The notes under the pieces: model-generated
What the model saw: the letters and a program-made list of their open reading frames with translations, nothing else
Databases searched by the model: none
Told to the model about the DNA's origin: nothing
Position numbers and translations under genes: made by a program
Part shown: positions 10,063 to 20,007 of the stretch, one piece after another
Position numbering within the stretch: position 1 is the first letter of the stretch
Layout: every line of letters begins with the position of its first letter
Source of the DNA: Planctomycetota bacterium
Lineage (GTDB): Bacteria; Planctomycetota; UBA1135; UBA2386
Direction: 5' to 3'
Assembly (NCBI GenBank): GCA_947501605.1
Contig: CANMWZ010000031.1
Coordinates: forward strand, 1 to 49,907
Length of the DNA stretch: 49,907 bases

Positions 10063-10710
10063 ATGACCGAGGATCGATCAACCGGCTCCGCGTTCTCGCG
10101 CCGAGCCTTCTTGAAGGGTGCATCGGCCGCCGCCGTCACCGGGGCGGCAGCAACGGCTGCCACGCACGCCCGCGGCCCCGTGGAACTCGAGACCTTTGCC
10201 CCCGGCACGCACGCCATCGCGCTGCAAGTGAACGGCAAGGAGCAGAAGCTCGCAGTCGAGTCGCGCACCACTCTGCTCGATGCCCTGCGCGACCGCCTCG
10301 ACCTCACAGGCGCCAAGAAGGGCTGTGACCGCGGCGCCTGCGGTGGCTGCACCGTCATCGTCGACGGCGTCACGGTCAACTCGTGCCTGATGCTCGCGAT
10401 CGATGCCATCGGCAAACCGATCACGACGGTCGAAGGCTTGGCCCAAGGTGGAGTCGACCACCCGCTGGTACAGAACTTCGCGCACTGCGATGCAATGCAG
10501 TGCGGCTTCTGCACTCCGGGCATGGTGATGAGTTCGCTGCAGTGCTTGAACCAGAACCAACAGCCCGACCGCCAGACGATCCAGCGGGCGATCGCCGGCA
10601 ACATCTGCCGCTGCGGCACCTACGGCCGCATCTGCGAAGCCGTCGAGCGCACCGCCGCCGGCAGGGGTGACCAAGCCCTCCGCGCGCCGGCGCATGGAGG
10701 TAGCAAGTGA
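10063..10710 (+). CDS. [2Fe-2S] subunit of a xanthine dehydrogenase-family aldehyde oxidoreductase (PaoA/YagT-like), Tat signal
   Basis: Tat motif SRRAFLK; GCDRGACGGCTV..NSC and QCGFCTPG..NICRCG cluster motifs. Confidence 0.93.
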   Translation: MTEDRSTGSAFSRRAFLKGASAAAVTGAAATAATHARGPVELETFAPGTHAIALQVNGKEQKLAVESRTTLLDALRDRLDLTGAKKGCDRGACGGCTVIVDGVTVNSCLMLAIDAIGKPITTVEGLAQGGVDHPLVQNFAHCDAMQCGFCTPGMVMSSLQCLNQNQQPDRQTIQRAIAGNICRCGTYGRICEAVERTAAGRGDQALRAPAHGGSK

Positions 10711-12986
10711 CCGCGCCCAAGAACGACTCCCTGCCGCCGGAGAGGGAACTCAAGGTCGGCATCGGCGCGCTGGTCGAAACGCGAACGTTCGACGTTCCGG
10801 ACGGCGACGCACCGCCGTGGGACGCCACCACGAAGTTTGCCGTCGTCGGTGCTGACGTCGATCGGCAAGACGGCATCGCCAAGGCATCGGGGCGGGCAAA
10901 GTACGCCTACGACATCACCTTCCCCGGCCTGCTTCAGGCGGTGATCCTGCGCTCGAAAATCGCGCGCGGCAAGGTCGCAACGATCGACCTCGAACCGGCG
11001 CGCGGGATGCCCGGTGTGGCAGCCGTCATCGGCCTCAAGGACGCCGGCAAGAAGGTCCGCTTTGTCGGCGACGAAATCGCCGCAGTCTGCGCGCCAACGA
11101 TCGATCAGTGCCGCGACGCTCTCGAACGCATCGTCGTGACCTACGAACAGGAGCCGCACACGGTCGACTTCCTGCAGAGCAGCGATGCGCCCGTGGTCGA
11201 CGACAGCGGCGAACTCGTCGATCCCTGGAGCGAAGACGGCGACCTCGACAAAGCGCTCGCGGCGGCGACGGTCGCGCACACGGGAACCTACCGCACGGAA
11301 GTGCAGACCCATGGCTCGATGGAGACGCACGGTGCCGTCGCGAAGTGGAGCGGCGACGACCTCGACCTGTGGATGAGCACGCAAGCGACCTTCGGCGTGC
11401 GTGGCGAGATTGCGCAGGCGATGCGCGCCGCCGATGTGAAGTGCACGGGCGTCACGATCCATGCCGAGTTCGTCGGCGGTGGCTTCGGCAGCAAGTTCAC
11501 GGCCGGCGCCGAAGGCCGTGCCGTGGCGCTGCTCGCGCGCGCGGCGAACGCGCCGGTCAAGCTCATGCTCGACCGCTACGAAGACCACACCTGCGCCGGC
11601 AACCGGCCCGCTGCCTTGATGCAGTTCCGCGCCGGCCTCGACCAAGACGGTGTCATCACGGCGTGGGACCAGCGCACCTTTGGCGGCTGCGGCCACAACG
11701 GCCAGGGCGGCGGCGTCGCCATCCCCGACCACTTCTTGCGCAAGGCCGCGCGGCGCAAAGATCGCATGCACAAAGACCTCGCGACCGATGCCGATCCCGG
11801 TCGGCCGATGCGCGCGCCAGGTCACCCGCAAGGATTCTTCGGCGCCGAGCTGTTCCTCGACGAACTGGCAGCGGCAGCCGGCCTCGACCCGCTCGTGCTG
11901 CGACAGAAGAACGACCCGCAGGCGATCCGCCAGCAGCAGTACACACTCGGAGCCGAGCGCTTTGGCTACGCCAAGGCTCGTGCTGACGCGGCCGCCAACA
12001 ACGCCCAGAAGGGTGTGCGCATCCTGCGCGGCGTCGGCGTCGCCAGTGCGCGTTGGGGCAACCTCGGCAACGACGGTCGCGGTCGCGACGGCAGCGGTGG
12101 TCACAGTGCCTTGTGCCGCATCCACCAGGACGGCAGCGTCGAGGCGCGCAGCGGCGCCCAGGACATCGGCACGGGTTTGAAGACTGTGCTCGCAATCTTG
12201 ACCGCTGAAGAACTCGGCATCCGCGCCGAGCAAGTCCGCGCCACTGCGGGTCACACCAGCGACCCGTCGGGTCCGGCCGCGGGCGGCAGCACGACGACTC
12301 CAAGCCTCGCCCCCGCGATTCGTCACGCTGCGTTCCTCTGCCGGCAGCAGCTCGCAAGCAAGGTCGCGGACCATCTCGGAGTGGCGGCGACCGAAGTGGT
12401 CTTCGCGGATGGCAAGATCGGCACCGCGGCGAAGTCGCTGACGTTTGCCGATGCGTGCAAGCTGATCGGTCCAAATCCTCTCGAGGCCCGCGGCGAGCGC
12501 TTCCCCAACTACAAGGGTGACCCGTTCGAACGCGGCGTTTGCGGGCTGCAGTTCGCCGAGGTCGAGGTCGACTCGTGGACCGGCCTCGTTCGCGTGGTGC
12601 GCATGCTCGCCATCCAGGACTGCGGCATCGTGCTGGCCAAGAAGCCAGCCGAGAGCCAGGTGCTCGGCGCGATGATCCAGGGCATCGGCTTCGCGTTGCA
12701 CGAGCAACGGATCATGGACCGCCAGTCGGGCCGCATGCTGAACGGCGACTTCCTGCGCTACAAGGTGCCGGGCGCCGTGGACATCCCACCGATGGACGTG
12801 ATCATGCAGTCGGTCGCCAACGGCCACACCAACTGCAGTGCGGCGGGCCTTGGGGAAGCGCCGTCGTGCGCCGCCGCTGCATCGATCGCCAACGCAGTGT
12901 TTCACGCGGCCTCGGTGCCGCTGCGACACCTGCCGATCACCCCGGACAAGGTCTTGAAGGCGCTCTCGCAGCGCAAGGCAAAGTGA
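10707..12986 (+). CDS. Molybdopterin-binding subunit of a xanthine dehydrogenase-family enzyme (PaoC/YagR-like)
   Basis: KASGRAKY, HGSMETHG, VGGGFGSK, MRAPGHPQ, QDIGTG, AGGSTT, FAEVEVD..TG, MIQGIG, GLGE; GTGA overlap with the upstream gene. Confidence 0.95.
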   Translation: MTAPKNDSLPPERELKVGIGALVETRTFDVPDGDAPPWDATTKFAVVGADVDRQDGIAKASGRAKYAYDITFPGLLQAVILRSKIARGKVATIDLEPARGMPGVAAVIGLKDAGKKVRFVGDEIAAVCAPTIDQCRDALERIVVTYEQEPHTVDFLQSSDAPVVDDSGELVDPWSEDGDLDKALAAATVAHTGTYRTEVQTHGSMETHGAVAKWSGDDLDLWMSTQATFGVRGEIAQAMRAADVKCTGVTIHAEFVGGGFGSKFTAGAEGRAVALLARAANAPVKLMLDRYEDHTCAGNRPAALMQFRAGLDQDGVITAWDQRTFGGCGHNGQGGGVAIPDHFLRKAARRKDRMHKDLATDADPGRPMRAPGHPQGFFGAELFLDELAAAAGLDPLVLRQKNDPQAIRQQQYTLGAERFGYAKARADAAANNAQKGVRILRGVGVASARWGNLGNDGRGRDGSGGHSALCRIHQDGSVEARSGAQDIGTGLKTVLAILTAEELGIRAEQVRATAGHTSDPSGPAAGGSTTTPSLAPAIRHAAFLCRQQLASKVADHLGVAATEVVFADGKIGTAAKSLTFADACKLIGPNPLEARGERFPNYKGDPFERGVCGLQFAEVEVDSWTGLVRVVRMLAIQDCGIVLAKKPAESQVLGAMIQGIGFALHEQRIMDRQSGRMLNGDFLRYKVPGAVDIPPMDVIMQSVANGHTNCSAAGLGEAPSCAAAASIANAVFHAASVPLRHLPITPDKVLKALSQRKAK

Positions 12987-12999
12987 GGAGGCAGACGCG

Positions 13000-13983
13000 A
13001 TGAAAGAGTTCACCTACGTGCTGCCGCGCTCACTGCCAGAAGCGGAAGCCGCGGCCAAGAAGCCTGGCGCAACGTTGAAGGCCGCCGGTATCGACCTCGT
13101 CGATCGGATGAAGGAGCGCCAGTTCCAACCTACAGAAGTTGTCAACTTGTTGCTGCTGCAGCCGGACCTCGGCGGCATCACTGCCGACGCCGATGGCTCG
13201 ATGCGCATCGGCGCACTCGCGACTCTGGCGCAGATCGCAGCGAGCAAGGACTTCGCCGCCGAAGGCTACGCGGCGCTGCGCGAAGCTGCCGGCGAAGCGG
13301 CGACACCCCAAGTGCGCAACCGGGCGACAGCCGCTGGCAACGTGCTGCAGCAAGCCCGTTGTTGGTACCTGCGCAGTTCTGAACTGCATTGCCTGCACGG
13401 CAAAGATGGCCCGTCGTGCCTCGCACAAGTCGGCGACAATCGCTACCACTCGGTCCTCGGCTACCACGACTGCGTGCGCGTGCATCCGAGCAACTTGGCG
13501 CCGGCGTTGCTGGCACTCGACTGCGAGTACACGACGCAGCTCGCTGGCAAACAGCAACGCCGTCGGGTCGCAGACCTGTTCCCCTTGGAGCCAAAAGCCC
13601 AACTCGAGGAGCACACGTTGTTGCCCGGCGAGATCGTGATCGCCTTCCACGTGAAAGCGCAGCCAAAGAGCGCCCGCTCGGCGTACCGCGAGAGTCGCGA
13701 GAAACTCAGTTTCGACTGGGCGACCACGGCGGCAGCCGCACGTGTCGTGATGGACGGCGGCGTGATCCAAGAGGCATCCCTGGTGCTCGCAGCCGTGGCC
13801 CCGGTGCCGCTGCCGCGGCCGGACGCGGCGAAGCTCTTGATCGGACAGAAGCCCAGTGACGAGTTGTTCCATCGCGTGGCGCTGCGCGCATTCGCCGACG
13901 CGCGGCCGTTGAGCCACAACGCCTACAAGGTTCAGGTCGGCCAAGCGATCGTGCGCGAAGTGCTGCACGCAACCACGAGGTGA
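13000..13983 (+). CDS. FAD-binding subunit (PaoB/YagS-like) with a four-Cys [4Fe-4S]-type insert
   Basis: AAGIDL, IGALATL, ATPQVRNRATAAGN, RCWY..C..C..C..HPSN, AVAPVP, PLSHNAYKV; RBS GAGGAGG. Confidence 0.93.
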   Translation: MKEFTYVLPRSLPEAEAAAKKPGATLKAAGIDLVDRMKERQFQPTEVVNLLLLQPDLGGITADADGSMRIGALATLAQIAASKDFAAEGYAALREAAGEAATPQVRNRATAAGNVLQQARCWYLRSSELHCLHGKDGPSCLAQVGDNRYHSVLGYHDCVRVHPSNLAPALLALDCEYTTQLAGKQQRRRVADLFPLEPKAQLEEHTLLPGEIVIAFHVKAQPKSARSAYRESREKLSFDWATTAAAARVVMDGGVIQEASLVLAAVAPVPLPRPDAAKLLIGQKPSDELFHRVALRAFADARPLSHNAYKVQVGQAIVREVLHATTR

Positions 13984-13987
13984 TGCC

Positions 13988-14236
13988 ATGGACGAGAACA
14001 AGCCAGTCACCCACCGCGACCTCACGCCGAAGCACTTGTGCCCGGCGATGATCATGAAGCCGCTGTTGACGCACGGGATGGACGATGTCGTCCACGACGG
14101 GCGGCAGTGGCCCGGCGACGGTCACTATTGGTGCGCGAAGACGTGCACCTGTGTCGGGCCGGACGACGAGCACGTGCACCCGAAGGACTGTGGGCCGCTG
14201 CGGTCGTGCTACGACGGGCCGCGGCCGCAGAGCTGA
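13988..14236 (+). CDS. Small Cys/His-rich hypothetical protein, fourth gene of the molybdoenzyme operon
   Basis: Starts 4 nt after the upstream stop, RBS GAGGTG; 82 aa with 6 Cys (LCP, YWCAKTCTCVGPD, DCGPLRSCY). Confidence 0.75.
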   Translation: MDENKPVTHRDLTPKHLCPAMIMKPLLTHGMDDVVHDGRQWPGDGHYWCAKTCTCVGPDDEHVHPKDCGPLRSCYDGPRPQS

Positions 14237-14286
14237 AGCGACGAAGTTTCCTGTCACGAGACGGCGCCTCGAACCTCTCTGGTCGC

Positions 14287-17199
14287 GTGCGCCGAACCAC
14301 TCCGATCCGTGACCTGCTGCGCGACGAGGCGGACTTCGTCCATCGCCTCGCTCGCGCGCTGCTCCGCGACCCCGACCTCGCGGCCGACGTGGCGCAGGAC
14401 ACGCTGGTCGCGGCGTGCGAGCATCCGCCCGCAGCCGCGAGTCGCCCGCAGTTTCGAGCTTGGCTCCGCGCGGTCGCGAAGCGCTTCGCCTTCGCAGCCC
14501 TGCGCCGACGAGACGAACAGGCCAAGAGAGAACGTGTCGCGGCGAAGCCCGAGTCGAGCGACTCCGAGGCCGAAGCGCGTCGCCACCTCGATCTGCACCG
14601 TCGCCTGTTCGAGTCCGTCGAGACGCTGCCCGAACCCTACCGCACCGTCGTCGTGCTGCGATTCGCTCGCGACCTGTCTCCTCGCGCGATCGCCGCCGAG
14701 TGCGGGACTTCAGCGGAGGTCGTGCGGCAGCGACTCCATCGCGGGCTCTGCATGCTGCGCGAACGCCTCGACCGCAGTCCCGGCGGGCGGCCGGAATGGA
14801 CGGCGGCGTTCGCCGCTGCCGGCATCTCGCTCGCACCTCACGCTGCACTGGTCACTGCACTCATGACGAAGAAGCTCCTCGCCGTTGCCGCGGTCCTGTT
14901 CGTTGCCGTCGGTGCGTGGATGGCCGTGCCGTCGACGTCGGACGACGCGAACTCAGGACCTCGCGAGCCGATCGCGAACGCAATCGCAAGTGCAGCACGC
15001 GCCCCCGAGGCGGACCGTGGGCCCGAGGATGCATCGGGTTCTGCGTCGGTCCGCGCGAGCGCGAGCTTCCGGGTCCACGTGCGCGACGAGAACGGTCGCC
15101 CCGTGCCCGCGGCCACGGTACACGACTGTCGCTCGGACGAGCCGCCACTCGAGATCCCGTGCAACGGCGACGGGGACGCGAGTCTGCCACGCGAACCGCG
15201 AGCCCGCGAGATCGTCGTGCGTTCGCCCGAACACTTGTCCGCGTGGGCGAGCGTTCCTGCGGATGCCGCGGAGTCCACCGTCACGCTCGCAACCGGCACC
15301 GTCCTCGAAGGCCTGGTTCTCGTCGACGGCGTGGCAGCGGCCGAGGGATTCGAGCTCTCGCTGCTGCTCGAGCCGGTGGAAGCCCCCGCTCGCGACGTGC
15401 GGAACGAGCACGCCGCGCGACTCCTCGCCGACGACGAAGCGCGAACCGTGCGTGTGCGCAGTGGCGGCGGCTTCGCGTTCGCGAACCTGCCGCTCGACTG
15501 GCACGGGACCCTCGTCGTGCCGAACACGCACTGGATCCTCGGCGAGCGCGGCGAACCCGGCCCGATGCCGCGCGCGCTCGACCTCGCCGCGAGTCCTTCA
15601 GCACAGACCATCCGCACGACGAGGATCCCCGCGCTGCTCGGGCGCGTGCTGTACGACGACGGTGCCCCCGCCGGCGGAGCGAGGGTCTTCGCCCAGGGAG
15701 CCTTCGACGACCATACGCCGACCGAAGTGGCGCACGCCATTGCCGATTCCGACGGCCGCTTCGAGCTCGGTCTCGTCCCGCAGTGGATCCAGCACCGCGC
15801 GAAGTTCGCCGATCCGGCGCAACGCCCCGCCATCCTCCTCGCGACCTTCACCGCCGGAGCCCAAGACACACGGCTGACGAGCGTGGAGTGGACCGCCCCG
15901 GTCGATCGGAATGCCGGCGCGGCGCACTCGGTCGAGTTGCGCATCACGCGCTTGCCGACGGTGCATTTCCTCGTCGTCGACGAGCAGTCGCGACCGCTCG
16001 CCGGCGCCCGCATGCTCACCGACCACCTGAGCCAGCCCACTGACGAACGTGGTCGTGGCATCGCCCACGGCACGCCGCTCGGCGTCGCCGCCCGGGACCA
16101 TCGCGTGGCGCCCGCGCAGGCTGCGTTGCGCGGGAACGGCACGATCGACGACCCCCTGGTGTTCGCCCTGCAGCCGAGCCGGATGGTACTTCGGATGCGC
16201 GCGCCGAACGGCTCCCCGCTGCGCGGATGCAGCCTCGAGGCGCGCTACGAAGCCGAGTTGCTGCCCGGGCTACAGGAACTCGACGCGCTGTACTCCACGG
16301 CCTTCGAGGTCCACTTCCAACCCCGCCGCAGCGACGACCGCAGTTGGCTATTGCGCTTGTCGCTCGACGGCGAAGCCACGGCACGCGCACCGGGACTCCC
16401 CGAAGGATCTCGATGCACGGTGACCGTCCGCGACTGCATGGGCACCGTGCTCGGCGACTACGACGTGGCGCAGACTCCGCGGTCGAAGGAACCCGTCGAC
16501 GTGGTTGTCCACGAACCCACGGCCGAACTGCGCGGGCGCGTGCACACGGCCGGAGTCCCCCCGCGCCGTGCGACGGTCACCGTGCGCGTCGCAGCAGAGG
16601 AAGGCTGGGCCCATCGCAAGCCAGTGAACCCCGACGGTTCGTTCGCGATTCTGTGCCTGAGTTCCCGGACGCCGTGGGAAGTTCTCGTCGAGGCCAAGGG
16701 ATTCGCGCCGCTACGGGTCGCAGCATCGGCGGGCACGTTCCTCGACCTCGAACTGAAGAAGGGCCGCAGCATCGAGGTCGCAGTGCTCGATGCCGAAGGG
16801 AGGGCCGTCCCCGTTCGCGATCTCGCGGCGGTCGTACTGCGCGACACGCAGCTTCGCCCCCAGGAAGTCGGCGTCGGGCGATTCCGCTTCGACGACCTAC
16901 CCCTCGAACCCGTGACGTTCCGCTGCCACCTCGGTGGACGCACGTTCGAAGTGGCCGTCGAGGACGGCGCCACGACGGCAACGCTTCGGCTCCCCAACCT
17001 CGCCACGCTGCGCATCGGCGGAGCAACGGCAACCGAGGGCGTGCAGGCCCAGTGCCTCGAACCGAATGCCGAGCCGTTCCGCGCCTTCCCACGCGATGGA
17101 TCCTGCCTCTTGCCACCGGGCCGCTACCGCTTCGAGAACGCGACGCCGGTCGAACTCGACCTGCGCGCTGGCGAGACCGCGGAGATCGCGCTTCACTGA
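14287..17199 (+). CDS. ECF sigma factor with transmembrane helix and long carboxypeptidase-regulatory-like beta-sandwich extension
   Basis: Region 2 (AADVAQDT..FRAWLRAVA), region 4 (LPEPYRTVVVLRF..SPRAIA..VRQRLHRGL..LR), hydrophobic LLAVAAVLFVAVGAWM, then repeated 'VxDxxGxPVxxA' / 'GRVxxxDG' modules. Start approximate. Confidence 0.85.
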   Translation: MRRTTPIRDLLRDEADFVHRLARALLRDPDLAADVAQDTLVAACEHPPAAASRPQFRAWLRAVAKRFAFAALRRRDEQAKRERVAAKPESSDSEAEARRHLDLHRRLFESVETLPEPYRTVVVLRFARDLSPRAIAAECGTSAEVVRQRLHRGLCMLRERLDRSPGGRPEWTAAFAAAGISLAPHAALVTALMTKKLLAVAAVLFVAVGAWMAVPSTSDDANSGPREPIANAIASAARAPEADRGPEDASGSASVRASASFRVHVRDENGRPVPAATVHDCRSDEPPLEIPCNGDGDASLPREPRAREIVVRSPEHLSAWASVPADAAESTVTLATGTVLEGLVLVDGVAAAEGFELSLLLEPVEAPARDVRNEHAARLLADDEARTVRVRSGGGFAFANLPLDWHGTLVVPNTHWILGERGEPGPMPRALDLAASPSAQTIRTTRIPALLGRVLYDDGAPAGGARVFAQGAFDDHTPTEVAHAIADSDGRFELGLVPQWIQHRAKFADPAQRPAILLATFTAGAQDTRLTSVEWTAPVDRNAGAAHSVELRITRLPTVHFLVVDEQSRPLAGARMLTDHLSQPTDERGRGIAHGTPLGVAARDHRVAPAQAALRGNGTIDDPLVFALQPSRMVLRMRAPNGSPLRGCSLEARYEAELLPGLQELDALYSTAFEVHFQPRRSDDRSWLLRLSLDGEATARAPGLPEGSRCTVTVRDCMGTVLGDYDVAQTPRSKEPVDVVVHEPTAELRGRVHTAGVPPRRATVTVRVAAEEGWAHRKPVNPDGSFAILCLSSRTPWEVLVEAKGFAPLRVAASAGTFLDLELKKGRSIEVAVLDAEGRAVPVRDLAAVVLRDTQLRPQEVGVGRFRFDDLPLEPVTFRCHLGGRTFEVAVEDGATTATLRLPNLATLRIGGATATEGVQAQCLEPNAEPFRAFPRDGSCLLPPGRYRFENATPVELDLRAGETAEIALH

Positions 17200-17203
17200 C
17201 GGC

Positions 17204-17653
17204 GTGCTCGGCCTCCGTACGCAGCTCCTTTTCCCCCTGCTCCTCGCCGCCTGCAGTTCCTCGCCCGTGCGCGTGCGCGGCGAGGACGTCGACTGGCGAC
17301 CCGCCGCTCCGCGCGCGCGCATCGTCGCGACCGATCGCGCCACGTCCCCCAACGTGCTCTCGCGGTTCGAACCCGGCACCATCATCGACCTGCAAGAAGA
17401 GCCCCGCGCGGCCTCCGGCATCCCCATCCCCGGCGGCGGATTCCTACCGAGCCTCAACGGCGTGATCCACAGCAGCCGCATCGACCGCCCGCAGGCACTC
17501 GGCCTCTTGCCGCGCGTCGTCGCCGTGGTCGTCGACGAGTCGGGCTTCGAATGGTACCAGCACGCCGACGGCTCGATGACCTCGTCGCGCTACGCCTGGA
17601 AGCCCGCAGTCGGTCGTTGGGAAGCCGTCACGATGCACGCGATCCCCGAGTGA
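17204..17653 (+). CDS. Hypothetical lipoprotein
   Basis: GTG 4 nt after the sigma-factor stop; LLFPLLLAAC lipobox. Confidence 0.65.
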   Translation: MLGLRTQLLFPLLLAACSSSPVRVRGEDVDWRPAAPRARIVATDRATSPNVLSRFEPGTIIDLQEEPRAASGIPIPGGGFLPSLNGVIHSSRIDRPQALGLLPRVVAVVVDESGFEWYQHADGSMTSSRYAWKPAVGRWEAVTMHAIPE

Positions 17654-17666
17654 TCGCTGATCGTGC

Positions 17667-19913
17667 TCACTCGGGCTTCCAGTCCTTGTCGAGCAGCTTC
17701 ATCAGCGCGCGCCACTGGAAGTCGCGAACGTGGCCCGCGACCTGCGGGTTCGGACCGTGTTGGCTGCGCGGATAGATCATCAACTCGAAGTTCTGCTTGC
17801 CCGCCTTCTGCAGTTCCCAGAGCAGCTGCATCGTGTTCTGCAGGTGGACATTGTCGTCCATCGAGCCGTGCTGCAGCACAAGGTGGCCCTTCAGGTTCTT
17901 GGCCGCCTTGATCACCGAGGTCGCGTCGTAGCCCGAACTGTTGGTGTCGGGCATCGCCATGTAGCGTTCGGTGTAGATCGTGTCGTAGAGGCGCCAGTCG
18001 TAGACGCCGGCGCCGGCGAGGCCGAGCGCGAACTTGTCGCTGTGCGTCAGCGCGTAGGCCGCCATGAAGCCGCCGTAGCTCCAGCCTTCGATCGCGACGC
18101 GCGCAGCGTCGCCTTGGTGCTCTTTGCAGACGAAGGCGACCGCGTCCTCGAGGTCCTTCAGTTCTTGCACGCCGAGTTGCTTGTAGCAGGTGCTGATGTC
18201 CTTGTGCCCGCGGCCGCTCGCCGAGCGCACGTTGACCTGCAGCACGAGGAACCCCTGCTGGGCCATGAAGATCTGGTAGGCGCTCGGCGACCACGCGTCG
18301 CGAACGGTCGGCGCGTCGGGGCCGCTGTAGGTCGGCAGGTGGATCGGGTAGACAGCGCCCGGCTTGCGATCGGGCGGCAGCATGAGACTCGCGTCGAGCA
18401 GATACCCATCGCGCGCTGCGATCGACAGCCGCAACTTGTCGGCGAACGCATACTCCTTGGCACCGGTGAGCTCGGCGCGACCGAGTTCCTTCAGCACGCT
18501 GCCGTCCTTGCCGTCGAGCACGCGCACGGAAGGCGGCTGGTCCATCGCCGACCAGCGATCGACGAGGAACGAACCGTCCTCGCTGAGTTCGGCTTGGTGC
18601 GTGCCGATGCCCGGCGTGAGGCAGACGAGCCCCGTGCCGTCGAGGCCGATGCGGTAGAGGTGACGACCCGTGGCGCCGTCCTTCGTGCCCTCGAACCAGA
18701 GCTGCCCGCTCGTCTCGTCGATGCGTTCGATCGAACGCACCTGCCAGTCGCCGCTGGTGACGGCCCCCAGCAACTCGCCGCCCTTCTGGTAGCGATAGAC
18801 GTGGTTGTAGCCCGTGCGTTCGCTGAGCCAGAGATACGTGCCGTCGGCGAGGAAGCGCGGCATCTCCGGCCGGTTGACCCAACTGGTCGACTCTTCGCGA
18901 ACGAGGCGCGTGAGCACGCCGGTCTTGGGATCGACCGCGCACAGATCGGCCCAGGTCTGGATGCGATCTTGCAGGATCACCAACATCGACTTCTGGTCCT
19001 CGGTCCAACCGACGCGCACGACCAACACGTCCGACGGATAGCCCGCGAGATCGACGACGGTGCGCGCCTTGGTGCTGGTGTCGACGATCGACAGCGACGC
19101 CGTCGGGTTCGGATCGCCGACCTTGGGATAGTTCGTGACCTCGGTCGTCACCGAGCGCTCCGTATCGAGGAAGCCCGCCGGCACGTGGTTCACGATCGTG
19201 AACTCGCGCACTTTGGACTCGTCGAGGGACAGCAGGGCCACGAGATCCCCCTTCGGACTCCACCAGTGACCTTGGAAGTCGCCGCGGCCATAGATCTCCT
19301 CCTGGTACACCCAGTCGAGGACACCGTGCAGCATCTCCTCGCTGCCGTCGGATGTGACCTGCCAGACTTCCTTGGTCGCCGCCTCGACGACAAAGAGGTT
19401 GCCGCCCATCACGTACGAAGCGCGCGTACCGGTCGCGTTGCAATGGGCCTCACTCTTGCGCGGAGCATCCGTGCCGTCTTTCGTGATCTGAATGGTCTCG
19501 CTGTCGCCGCCGCTCGTTGCATTGCTCCCTCGACGACCGCGCCGCCCGCCGCCCGCATCGGCCGCAGTTGAGCGCTTGTTCAGGTAGACGTCGTTGTCTT
19601 GCAGGCGCGCCACGTAGCCAGCGTTCGCTTCCGGGGCCGCGGCGCTCGCGTCGGGCTGCAGGGGCTCACTGTCGGTGCGAGTAGCCGGGTCAAACCACTT
19701 CCCCCCACTCGCATCGCGATACTCGACATGCTTGCCATCCCACGCGATCCGTGCCGTTGGGGCAGCGCTCGTCCACCCGACTGGCTTATTCGTGTCTTCG
19801 TAAGTGAGCCGCTTCTGCCGCTGCTCCGGAGTCGGGCTGAGATCCTGCCCGCGCACCAGAACGGCGGGCACAGCGAAGCACAAGACGAACAGCAAGAGCA
19901 GGGGTCGATTCAT
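17667..19913 (-). CDS. Secreted S9B dipeptidyl peptidase IV family protein
   Basis: Signal peptide; DWVYQEE, YPKVGDPNP, nucleophile GWSYGG, DDNVH, catalytic His in SQHG. Confidence 0.95.
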   Translation of the reverse strand: MNRPLLLLFVLCFAVPAVLVRGQDLSPTPEQRQKRLTYEDTNKPVGWTSAAPTARIAWDGKHVEYRDASGGKWFDPATRTDSEPLQPDASAAAPEANAGYVARLQDNDVYLNKRSTAADAGGGRRGRRGSNATSGGDSETIQITKDGTDAPRKSEAHCNATGTRASYVMGGNLFVVEAATKEVWQVTSDGSEEMLHGVLDWVYQEEIYGRGDFQGHWWSPKGDLVALLSLDESKVREFTIVNHVPAGFLDTERSVTTEVTNYPKVGDPNPTASLSIVDTSTKARTVVDLAGYPSDVLVVRVGWTEDQKSMLVILQDRIQTWADLCAVDPKTGVLTRLVREESTSWVNRPEMPRFLADGTYLWLSERTGYNHVYRYQKGGELLGAVTSGDWQVRSIERIDETSGQLWFEGTKDGATGRHLYRIGLDGTGLVCLTPGIGTHQAELSEDGSFLVDRWSAMDQPPSVRVLDGKDGSVLKELGRAELTGAKEYAFADKLRLSIAARDGYLLDASLMLPPDRKPGAVYPIHLPTYSGPDAPTVRDAWSPSAYQIFMAQQGFLVLQVNVRSASGRGHKDISTCYKQLGVQELKDLEDAVAFVCKEHQGDAARVAIEGWSYGGFMAAYALTHSDKFALGLAGAGVYDWRLYDTIYTERYMAMPDTNSSGYDATSVIKAAKNLKGHLVLQHGSMDDNVHLQNTMQLLWELQKAGKQNFELMIYPRSQHGPNPQVAGHVRDFQWRALMKLLDKDWKPE

Positions 19914-20007
19914 GACGGCGTTTTCCTACGTGGCATCAGCAGCGAGTGCGAGAGCGGGAGCGCAGTTCTGCTGCGGGCGGCGACGCGCGGCGGAGAACAG
20001 CAGAAGC

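Noticed and set aside
10620..13013. Long antisense ORFs such as 10620-13013, 17730-19571, 22618-23991 and 46048-47250
   Set aside because: Shadows of well-supported genes on the opposite strand, expected in high-GC DNA.
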